This document shows, piece by piece, positions 1-6,948 of a DNA stretch of 38,173 nucleotides (the first letter of the stretch is position 1; every line of letters starts with the position of its first letter). The notes under the pieces are model-generated. The model saw only the letters and a program-made list of their open reading frames with translations. It was not told the origin of the DNA and did no database searches. Both the position numbers and the translations under genes were made by a program. The stretch is from positions 1 to 38,173 of the IMG/VR virus record IMGVR_UViG_3300020045_002114. The stretch is one strand, 5' to 3'. The stretch is from a virus (lineage: Duplodnaviria; Caudoviricetes).

Positions 1-140
1 CGGCCGCCATTGATGAATTGGAATTGTCGAATCCAGCCGCCTTTCGGCCGTATGAGAAAACCGCGATTGTGATTGCGGCGATTGGCAGTGTCGTTTCCCT
101 CGCCTGCTATGCGGCCGCACATGCCGAAACGCTTCTTTGA
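1..140 (+). CDS. 3' end of a small membrane protein (truncated by window start)
   Basis: Frame 3 reads AAIDELELSNPAAFRPYEKTAIVIAAIGSVVSLACYAAAHAETLL* with a hydrophobic stretch; TGA at 138-140. Confidence 0.55.
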   Translation, partial: AAIDELELSNPAAFRPYEKTAIVIAAIGSVVSLACYAAAHAETLL

Positions 141-168
141 ACCCCTGAACCCCTGAACATAAGGAAAC

Positions 169-666
169 ATGAATATGTCTATACAAGATGGATATCATTT
201 GAATGTTGCAATCGTCACTAATGCGAGGGCATGGGATTTTGCCCACAATGGCAACCATGTGGTAACGCATTTTTGTGCCGTCTATTGCGGCCGCGACCAT
301 GCCGACGCTATGCGGGTTTGTGCTGAATTTGCGGCACGTTTCCCGGAAGGGAACAAACCCGGCATGTTCCAACTGGATTTGACAAAATGGCAGGGTCGCG
401 GCGAAAATGTTGCCATGCCGGAAGCGCCAGAAACGGCCGCACAATGTGCCATTGATGACTCGGCAATTGACGCCATGGCGGCCGAATGGACGAAAGAGGC
501 GGCACGCGCGGCCGCAATCGTTCCCGGAATGCTGGTTGCGTTTCAATGCTACGGCAAACCCATGACTGGCGTTGTCGAAAGAGTCGGTGCTGGCATTGTC
601 CATTTGCAAGGCGGCCGATGGATGCACCTTGAAAGCGTTTCCCCTGCTATTGAGGGGGCGAACTAA
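169..666 (+). CDS. hypothetical phage protein (165 aa)
   Basis: AAGGA RBS before ATG; packed into a + strand gene run. Confidence 0.7.
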   Translation: MNMSIQDGYHLNVAIVTNARAWDFAHNGNHVVTHFCAVYCGRDHADAMRVCAEFAARFPEGNKPGMFQLDLTKWQGRGENVAMPEAPETAAQCAIDDSAIDAMAAEWTKEAARAAAIVPGMLVAFQCYGKPMTGVVERVGAGIVHLQGGRWMHLESVSPAIEGAN

Positions 667-842
667 TGGACAACGTTCAAACGCCAGACTTTGCCCACAT
701 TCGCCGTGTGCCCCCTATCACGCCTTTCGGCAAGCGTGTGCATGCCATGGCGGCTAAATCCGCCCCTGCCCCATTCAAGCCCTCGCAACGCCTTGCGGCC
801 GCCATGCGTGCCGAATTGTTGCGCTATCGGAAAGGAATCTGA
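666..842 (+). CDS. small basic hypothetical protein (58 aa, below the ORF-track cutoff)
   Basis: TAATG overlap with upstream stop, GAGGGG RBS; MDNVQTPDFAHIRRVPP...LLRYRKGI*; fills the gap to 845. Confidence 0.6.
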   Translation: MDNVQTPDFAHIRRVPPITPFGKRVHAMAAKSAPAPFKPSQRLAAAMRAELLRYRKGI

Positions 843-844
843 AA

Positions 845-1360
845 ATGTCCAAATTGGTGAGAGAAACGAACGCTGGAAAAGCAATTTCGGCATGGGTTAT
901 TCTGAACCCGAAAGGCGAAATAGTCGCGAAAGTTCAGGCGTTCTATGGGAACGCTGTAACAGTGAATTGCTTTCACTACGGCGACTCTCCAGACCACGCC
1001 AGCTATCGGGCAGACAAAGCCATGGGCAAGCGTGCCGCATTGGACGAACGCCAGCGCAAAGAAGCATTCAAGAAATGGCATTTTCAATCGGGCACGGCTG
1101 GCGGCTATGGCTATGACAAGTTTGCATCTGCCCTATCCGGGATGATTATTGACGGGCACCACATGACAAATCATTGTTCCCGGCTTGCCGCCCCTAAACC
1201 CCCCATGGGTTTTGAAGGATATCCCGACAATTTCAAATGCCCGAAAGGCTATGATTTGGCAAACTGGAATAGTGAAAAGCAGGTTTACCGCGATTGCTAC
1301 CGATTTGAGGGATTCAAATACTTGCAAGCCATAGGTTACAACGTGATTCAGGCAATCTGA
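845..1360 (+). CDS. hypothetical phage protein (171 aa)
   Basis: AAAGGA RBS; contains AGGYGYDK motif; contiguous with neighbours. Confidence 0.75.
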   Translation: MSKLVRETNAGKAISAWVILNPKGEIVAKVQAFYGNAVTVNCFHYGDSPDHASYRADKAMGKRAALDERQRKEAFKKWHFQSGTAGGYGYDKFASALSGMIIDGHHMTNHCSRLAAPKPPMGFEGYPDNFKCPKGYDLANWNSEKQVYRDCYRFEGFKYLQAIGYNVIQAI

Positions 1361-1388
1361 ACCCCTCGCAAACTGGAGATATACAATC

Positions 1389-2177
1389 ATGACAAAGCGC
1401 ATTTATTCGGAAATTATCATTCCGTTCGCTGGATTCTATGAGTCCAAATGGGATGACCTTATTTCAGGTTCGGAAGAACGCGAGGTGGAATATTTTGAAG
1501 AACGCCAGAAAGAGGATGGAATCCCGGAATATATGAGGCTAACGGCCGATGAATATGGCGATATCCTGAATCGGCATTCGCAATATTCATTCGGGCAAAA
1601 CAAGATTGCCCGTGATTATGTCGAATTGTTCAACGTTCAATTCAAAGAATTGACGGGCATTGAACTAGGTTTGACCTACAAAACGCTGGACTCGCCGAAA
1701 TATTACAATTTCGAAACTGATAAGATTGTTGCAAACATCCCGCATTCCAGCATGCGCAAGCTTGTGAAAGCCGCAAAAGCCATCCCGGAAGAATTCGCCG
1801 AACATATTGAAGAACGCCATAAATCACGATCCGGCTTTATTTCGTTCTATTCATGGGACTTTGCCGAATGGCAGGCAAAGCACTGGTATGATTTTGACCA
1901 TAACGAAATGCAAACCGTTCTGGAAACAGTTATGGCGCATGCGTTCGCCGAGTCAGGGCAAGATGACTCGGAATTTGAATGGTCGATTTACTATCCGATG
2001 GCTGAATCAGACTATGAATATTTTGAAGCTTCTTTCGTGTGGTCTGATATTGAGGCGGCCGTGAAAGAGGCACAAGAAGAAAAGGCGGCCGAACATATGG
2101 CGGAAATGTTAGAATACAATCCGGACTATGTGCCCCCCTATCGTTGCAGTGAAACGCCAGATTTGTTCGCCAACTAA
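1389..2177 (+). CDS. highly acidic phage protein, candidate antirestriction/DNA mimic (262 aa)
   Basis: GGAG RBS; about 54 D/E versus about 25 K/R by manual count; motifs PFAGFYES, SPKYYNFETD, RSGFISFYS; function is inference. Confidence 0.7.
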   Translation: MTKRIYSEIIIPFAGFYESKWDDLISGSEEREVEYFEERQKEDGIPEYMRLTADEYGDILNRHSQYSFGQNKIARDYVELFNVQFKELTGIELGLTYKTLDSPKYYNFETDKIVANIPHSSMRKLVKAAKAIPEEFAEHIEERHKSRSGFISFYSWDFAEWQAKHWYDFDHNEMQTVLETVMAHAFAESGQDDSEFEWSIYYPMAESDYEYFEASFVWSDIEAAVKEAQEEKAAEHMAEMLEYNPDYVPPYRCSETPDLFAN

Positions 2178-2207
2178 TCCCCACAATCCAAGTAAAGGAA
2201 TCCTGAT

Positions 2208-3050
2208 ATGTCCATTTCTACTGAATTGAGAAACGCTTATAACTTTCAACGCGCATGGCTTATGGCTGGCGGCCGTGCCCGTTTCCCGGCAAAGCAGACG
2301 AATGCGGCCGACGCCTTGCGCAAGGCACGCGAGGATATTGCGGCAGGAAAGAAGCGTTACACGGGCACGCCATGGGCAAAGCCCTATGCGGCCGTATCGT
2401 GGAGTCGCGAGGATGACGGACTCGCGTTCGTTCAATCCGTATCAGGGGCAGGCGTTCGGATTGTTGTCGAAAATGCCGGTTCAGAGAAAGGCGGCCGCAA
2501 CTCGCATAACGGTTGGTATACGAACGATGACGGCGAATCCTTCCGGGATGGCACGGGCTTGATTTGGGGGATTGTCGCATTGTTGCCCCATGGTCGATTT
2601 TATCCCGGCTATGTTTGTGGGGGGCACGGCGAGGAAAACCCAACAATCGATTTTAGCAGGGCATATGCCGAGTCAGACGATTGCATACACATTGCCGACT
2701 CTATGGCGGAATATGCGGCCGATACCGAACGCGACTATCAACGGGCATATGAGGCAGGACGCAAGGCGGCCGAGTCCATGCGAGAAGTCCGGGAACTAGG
2801 CAACGATTGGCTTGCCGATTATCGCCGCTTGCGCGTGGCATTCTGCGAACGCTGGCAAGCCATTCAAGATTGCGTGCCCATGGTTCAGACTCGCGAATGG
2901 TTGCGCCAAACGATTGCCGAATGCCGCGACGGCCGCGATTCCTATCGCGAGGCGAGGGCGAAAGCGTTTGCCGCCATTGATGAAAACAAACCGTATGGAT
3001 GTGACGCCAGCGGCAAGCAAGCGTTTTGGGCAGGATATGCCGACGCATGA
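2208..3050 (+). CDS. hypothetical phage protein (280 aa)
   Basis: AAAGGA RBS; long ORF in the + strand run. Confidence 0.75.
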   Translation: MSISTELRNAYNFQRAWLMAGGRARFPAKQTNAADALRKAREDIAAGKKRYTGTPWAKPYAAVSWSREDDGLAFVQSVSGAGVRIVVENAGSEKGGRNSHNGWYTNDDGESFRDGTGLIWGIVALLPHGRFYPGYVCGGHGEENPTIDFSRAYAESDDCIHIADSMAEYAADTERDYQRAYEAGRKAAESMREVRELGNDWLADYRRLRVAFCERWQAIQDCVPMVQTREWLRQTIAECRDGRDSYREARAKAFAAIDENKPYGCDASGKQAFWAGYADA

Positions 3051-3061
3051 TTTAACAGGGC

Positions 3062-3081
3062 AAGGGGCAACATTGCCCCTT
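3062..3081 (+). terminator. intergenic hairpin, possible weak terminator or processing site
   Basis: AAGGGGCAA-CA-TTGCCCCTT directly after the 3050 stop; only a short U tail. Confidence 0.4.
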
Positions 3082-3120
3082 ATCCGGCTAAATCAATATG
3101 CCGCTATTGGAGATAATGGG

Positions 3121-3366
3121 ATGACTGACAAAGTAAAATGGAGTCTTGAATATACCGATACATTCGGAGGCGAGGCTAACTATTCATGGGTTAAGCGCGA
3201 AACGCTTGAATGTGCTTCTGGCTTGTCTAATTTGGCGCTTGTGAGACGGTTTAAATCTGCGCTTGGATTGTCCGGCATGCGTGGAAAGTCTTATTTCACG
3301 GGCGATATGTGGGAATTTCGCCCCTATGGCGCTTGCACTATCGCTTTTGCAACATTTGATTATTAA
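3121..3366 (+). CDS. hypothetical phage protein (81 aa)
   Basis: GGAG RBS then ATG 3121; MTDKVKWSLEYTDTFGGEANYSWVKR...; upstream extension to 2812 overlaps the previous gene. Confidence 0.7.
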   Translation: MTDKVKWSLEYTDTFGGEANYSWVKRETLECASGLSNLALVRRFKSALGLSGMRGKSYFTGDMWEFRPYGACTIAFATFDY

Positions 3367-3377
3367 GGAGTCAGACC

Positions 3378-3761
3378 ATGAAAGAATATTTCTTCATTTC
3401 CGATAGTGACGGGCACTTGTACGACACAAGAAACGCCAATTGGAGTGCGCAAAAGCCCTTGCGGCCGAACTATCGCCAATCGCATAGCTTGATTAAAACC
3501 GTCGCAGACTTCAAGGCAACATTGCGCAATGGCGGATTTACTTTTCCGGGATGTTATCCGCTTTATTTCATTTGCAACGATGGCGATTCCCTTTCGTTTG
3601 AAGCTGCAAAAGCAAATGCCCGTTCGATCATGGACTCCATTGCTACAGATTGCCGGGATGGCTGGCGCGTTGTCGCGTGTGACGTGAATTATGAAGATGA
3701 TGAAATGGTTTGCGCTCATACTGGAAAGCGCATTCCGTCGGCATATGGCAATGATGAATGA
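3378..3761 (+). CDS. hypothetical phage protein (127 aa)
   Basis: AAGGAG RBS; motifs GCYPLYFIC, DGWRVVA, CAHTGKRIPSAYG. Confidence 0.75.
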   Translation: MKEYFFISDSDGHLYDTRNANWSAQKPLRPNYRQSHSLIKTVADFKATLRNGGFTFPGCYPLYFICNDGDSLSFEAAKANARSIMDSIATDCRDGWRVVACDVNYEDDEMVCAHTGKRIPSAYGNDE

Positions 3762-3979
3762 AGCGCGAAACAGAATGGGCCATTGCCGCCAATATCGCGC
3801 AATACAAAGCCGCTCTATACATGCAAGGGGCGGCTTTAATAGCCGGGATGATTGGCGCGATTTGGCAAGGCGTGCCATCTATAATAGCGGGATGTTTAGG
3901 GGCATGGCTGTTTCATCTTGCTAAACCCGGACCTAGTGACGCAATCGACAATGAAATCAGAAAGGATAAGCCGGGATAA
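3758..3979 (+). CDS. small membrane protein (73 aa)
   Basis: ATGA overlap; two hydrophobic segments; ends at the terminator. Confidence 0.6.
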   Translation: MKRETEWAIAANIAQYKAALYMQGAALIAGMIGAIWQGVPSIIAGCLGAWLFHLAKPGPSDAIDNEIRKDKPG

Positions 3980-3994
3980 CCCGGCTTTTCTTTT
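3968..3994 (+). terminator. rho-independent terminator
   Basis: AAGCCGGG-ATAA-CCCGGCTT followed by TTCTTTT; closes the left gene cluster. Confidence 0.85.
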
Positions 3995-4183
3995 GCCCGT
4001 AAATGTAATGTTATAACGTTCAAAATGCCATATGCCCACAATCGCCCATAAACGGCCGTATGAGGGGCACGGCTGATTCCGGCTATGGGGATAGCTTGGC
4101 ACTCTGTCGCGGCCATGCCTTGCCCATGGCTGCGGGAATGGCGGCCGGTTCAATCTCTTACCATACCCCCGCAAATCACCACG

Positions 4184-4242
4184 CGGCCGCCCCCGTGCCA
4201 GATCGAACGGCCGCCCCCGTGCCAGATCGAACGGCCGCCCCC
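4184..4242. repeat. 24-bp tandem repeat, about 2.5 copies
   Basis: CGGCCGCCCCCGTGCCAGATCGAA at 4184-4207 and 4208-4231, partial at 4232-4242. Confidence 0.95.
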
Positions 4243-4254
4243 TCGCATGCCTAA

Positions 4255-4353
4255 TTATACGCTTGGATAATCCCGGCTAAAATTATTCAAGCGTATAACA
4301 GGCGGCCAATTATACGCTTGTGCAATTTCAGAGCCAATTATTCAAGCGTATAA
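4255..4353. repeat. two 44-bp palindromic units (17-bp arm, 10-bp spacer, 17-bp arm) with a 55-bp period
   Basis: Arm TTATACGCTTGRATAAT forward at 4255-4271 and (degenerate end) 4310-4326, reverse at 4282-4298 and 4337-4353. Confidence 0.9.
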
Positions 4354-4367
4354 TCTGGCCGGTTTAT

Positions 4368-4435
4368 GGTTAATCGTTAAGGTTAACAAAAGGTTAACGT
4401 TAGGGGTTTGTTAAGGTTAACGGTTAATGGTTAAC
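4368..4435. promoter_or_regulatory. TTAA/GGTTAAC array containing CtrA-type boxes
   Basis: Eight TTAA in about 65 bp; exact TTAA-N7-TTAAC at 4383-4398 and TTAG-N7-TTAA at 4400-4414. Confidence 0.65.
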
Positions 4436-4513
4436 GGCATGCTCGCGCACCGGGCTCGGCCGAGCGGCCCCGGCGAGCCGCCGCGCTACCTCGGGCTGGC
4501 CGTCTGTATACCG

Positions 4514-4542
4514 CTTGACCCGGAAATTTTGCGGGACTACCT
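4514..4542 (+). promoter_or_regulatory. RpoD (sigma70)-type promoter
   Basis: CTTGAC-N17-CTACCT, close to the rhizobial CTTGAC-N17-CTATAT consensus. Confidence 0.6.
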
Positions 4543-4610
4543 TGGAGACCTCGCCGGTTCCCTCTGGGAATCCCGAGCCACTACCTTGAACACCTCGCCG
4601 GTTCCCCCTC
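4536..4610 (+). repeat. imperfect ~30-bp direct repeat, 44-bp period
   Basis: ACTACCTTGGAGACCTCGCCGGTTCCCCTC versus ACTACCTTGAACACCTCGCCGGTTCCCCCTC. Confidence 0.8.
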
Positions 4611-4713
4611 CAGAATCCGCCAATGACGGGAGGGAACCAAACGAGGCGCGTGCAGTTCCCCCTAGTGGAAAATTGTTGGCGATCTTGAGATCAACAATGA
4701 AAGGAAATCCATC

Positions 4714-5280
4714 ATGGGATATCAGGATGAACAGTCGGGGCCGATTCGGCATGCCGCTATCGAAAACATGCCAGCCACGGAGCCCCAAATGCGATCTTTC
4801 GCCGCCACGATACTTGCCCCCGCCTTCGCTCTTGCTGCAATCGGGGTCTTGGCCGTCGTGCCGACACCGAGGGACATCTACCTCGCAATCAAACCCATCG
4901 GCACCGAACTGACCGACATCGCTGGAGGTGATCGAGATGGACGTGAAGATATCACAACTCTTGCCAGCCGCATCGAAACAGCAGCCGGTGACAGCCTCGG
5001 CACCAACGCCGATTGCTTCGAAGACCTCGGGCTCGCCGTCGCCTCCAAGCTCGACCGTTGCGGCAAGTTCGTCTATCAGGTCCTAGCGGAGGTCGAACAG
5101 AGCCCGCAGGTTTTTACAGCCGACGCGGCAAACCCGACCACCCGTAAAGCTCTGGTGCAGGAATTGCGCCTCGCCGCCACGGAGGTCTGCCGCGAACGCT
5201 GGTCGCGTACAGGCGTTATCCCCAAGGACAGCCCGGCATGCGCAGTATCGCTCGCGGCCCTTGAAACACGGAACGAATGA
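4714..5280 (+). CDS. hypothetical membrane-anchored protein (188 aa)
   Basis: AAAGGA RBS; hydrophobic segment FAATILAPAFALAAIGVLAVV; several Cys. Confidence 0.65.
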   Translation: MGYQDEQSGPIRHAAIENMPATEPQMRSFAATILAPAFALAAIGVLAVVPTPRDIYLAIKPIGTELTDIAGGDRDGREDITTLASRIETAAGDSLGTNADCFEDLGLAVASKLDRCGKFVYQVLAEVEQSPQVFTADAANPTTRKALVQELRLAATEVCRERWSRTGVIPKDSPACAVSLAALETRNE

Positions 5281-5340
5281 TGGCATAACCAAATTGTCAG
5301 GAGGCGGTGTTTCGTCGCACACGCCATCGGAGGCCGGTTC

Positions 5341-5405
5341 TGAATCGAAATTTTCGAAACGGAATCGGCCTTTTCTTTTGAATCGAAATTTCGAAAACGG
5401 ATTCG
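5341..5405. repeat. duplicated AT-rich element with four GANTC sites
   Basis: TGAATCGAAATTTTCGAAACGGAATCG and TGAATCGAAATTTCGAAAACGGATTCG; GANTC at 5342, 5362, 5380, 5400. Confidence 0.8.
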
Positions 5406-5409
5406 ACCC

Positions 5410-5685
5410 TTGGCGATAATCGGAAGTCTGGAAGACGTAGGACGCCTTGTGGGGCTCAAGGCTGGCGAGGCTACCTCGATACTGGCCGAAGTGCGCCAGA
5501 ACCACGCTCTGCTGCGTGCGTGTACTCGCCACCAGTTCCGCACCGAAGAACCGGCCTTGGTCAACTCCCTCTCCCGGCACCACGTCTGCATCAACTGCGG
5601 CGGCCGCATGTCCGGCGAGAAGATCGCCTACTACGCCGAGGGCGTGGGACACTGCGGCGATCCCTTCGAAGTCTGGCTGACTTAA
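5410..5685 (+). CDS. putative zinc-binding protein (91 aa); start uncertain (TTG)
   Basis: CxxH...CxxC pattern (CTRH, CINC); GC3-rich codon usage. Confidence 0.55.
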   Translation: MAIIGSLEDVGRLVGLKAGEATSILAEVRQNHALLRACTRHQFRTEEPALVNSLSRHHVCINCGGRMSGEKIAYYAEGVGHCGDPFEVWLT

Positions 5686-5705
5686 AAAATATTTTCCAGA
5701 ACCCC

Positions 5706-5735
5706 CTTGCAGTGCCAACGGATAGTTGGTAGTAG
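5706..5735 (+). promoter_or_regulatory. promoter with CCAAC-N5-GTTGG palindrome (copy 1)
   Basis: CTTGCAGTG-CCAAC-GGATA-GTTGG-TAGTAG upstream of the 5785 gene. Confidence 0.65.
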
Positions 5736-5784
5736 TTGGCCTCGGCAATGACGCCGCGACGAACTTCTGACAAGGATCGACACC

Positions 5785-6885
5785 ATGGAACTCATGCACG
5801 CCAGCCGCCAGTGGGCCTCCCGTCCGCAGGACGAACGCTTCACCTCCCTCCCCGATCTGCTCGACAAGGTGACTCATGTCCGCGAGAACTCGATCTCCTC
5901 GGCCGTCAGTACCCGCAAGATCGAGTTCGTGCCGGACACGACCGACGAAATGAAGGGCCTCCAGATCGCCGTCAACGGCGAGGTTTCCAACCTGAACCAT
6001 TGGTCTTTCGGGCAGGCCGCCGCTCTGGCGCAGGCCCCGGCAGGCTACATGCGCAAGCTGCCCGCACCGATCGCTGCCGACGCCCTGAACTACGGCATGA
6101 GGTTCCTGCGTGACATCGAAGACGTTGGCACCCTGCGCTACGCCCCCGGCGAAGTCGCTTCGACGCTCACGGCCGCCACTGGCCCCCGCTACGGCCGCAT
6201 CTGGAATCAGGACATCGTTGGCGCTCTGGTCAACCAGTTCGGCGACGGCGTGACAGGCCAGTGGAAGGTGCCGGGCGAGTTCGGCAAGGACGTGCCGATC
6301 ACCAAGGACAACACGACGCTCTACGGCTCGGATCGCGACATGTTCGTCTTCCTCGCCGACGAACACAATCGGGTCGAAGTGGCTGGCCGTCGCGGCGGCG
6401 AGAAGGGCACGCTGGCTCGCGGCTTCTTCGTCTGGAACTCCGAGGTGGGCGACAAGTCCATGGGCGCGGCGTTCTTCCTGTTCGACTACGCCTGCTCCAA
6501 CCGCATCGTCTGGGGTGCGCAGGAGTTCAAGGAAATGCGTATCCGCCACACCGTGTCGGCACCTGACCGCTGGCTGGAAGAGATCACGCCGGTCTTGACC
6601 GAATATTCGAATGCACTGGCTGGCCCGGTCGAGCAGACCATCAAGGCAGCGCAGGAAAAGAAGCTCGGCGACGATCTGGACAGCTTCATGGCGAAGCGCT
6701 TCACCAGCCGCCTCGGCACGCTGGCAAAGGCCGCCCATGAGCGCGAGGAAGGCCGCCCTATCGAAACTGTCTGGGACGTGGTTACGGGCCTCACGGCGCA
6801 CGCCAAGACCATCAAGTTTCAGGACGAGCGCGTCGAGCTTGAGCGGCAGGCTGGAGCCCTGCTCGATCTGGTCGCCGTCAAGTAA
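5785..6885 (+). CDS. DUF932-like phage/plasmid protein (366 aa)
   Basis: N-terminal QWASRPxDERFxSL; motifs YGSDRDMFVFL, RGFFVWNSEVG, CSNRIVWG recognised as the DUF932-type family; AAGGA RBS; strongly biased codons. Confidence 0.75.
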   Translation: MELMHASRQWASRPQDERFTSLPDLLDKVTHVRENSISSAVSTRKIEFVPDTTDEMKGLQIAVNGEVSNLNHWSFGQAAALAQAPAGYMRKLPAPIAADALNYGMRFLRDIEDVGTLRYAPGEVASTLTAATGPRYGRIWNQDIVGALVNQFGDGVTGQWKVPGEFGKDVPITKDNTTLYGSDRDMFVFLADEHNRVEVAGRRGGEKGTLARGFFVWNSEVGDKSMGAAFFLFDYACSNRIVWGAQEFKEMRIRHTVSAPDRWLEEITPVLTEYSNALAGPVEQTIKAAQEKKLGDDLDSFMAKRFTSRLGTLAKAAHEREEGRPIETVWDVVTGLTAHAKTIKFQDERVELERQAGALLDLVAVK

Positions 6886-6893
6886 TTCTCAAT

Positions 6894-6945
6894 GGGGAAA
6901 TCCGGGTTCGAATCCCGGCGTGTCGTCTAATGGTTAGGACACCCC
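6894..6945 (+). ncRNA. circularly permuted tRNA-like module 1 (T-arm then D-arm, acceptor helix absent)
   Basis: GGGG-AAAT-CCGGG[TTCGAAT]CCCGG-CGTG-TC-GTCT[AATGGTTA]GGAC-A-CCCC. Confidence 0.75.
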
Positions 6946-6948
6946 GAC

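Noticed and set aside
4184-4435. CRISPR array
   Set aside because: Repeats are directly tandem or inverted with no unique ~30-nt spacers, and no cas genes are present
4060-4912. ORFs 4060-4254, 4085-4270 and 4427-4912
   Set aside because: They translate repeats and promoter DNA, lack a convincing RBS and have low-complexity products
5083-6801. 572-aa minus-strand ORF
   Set aside because: Antisense shadow of GC3-rich + strand genes, including the DUF932-like gene
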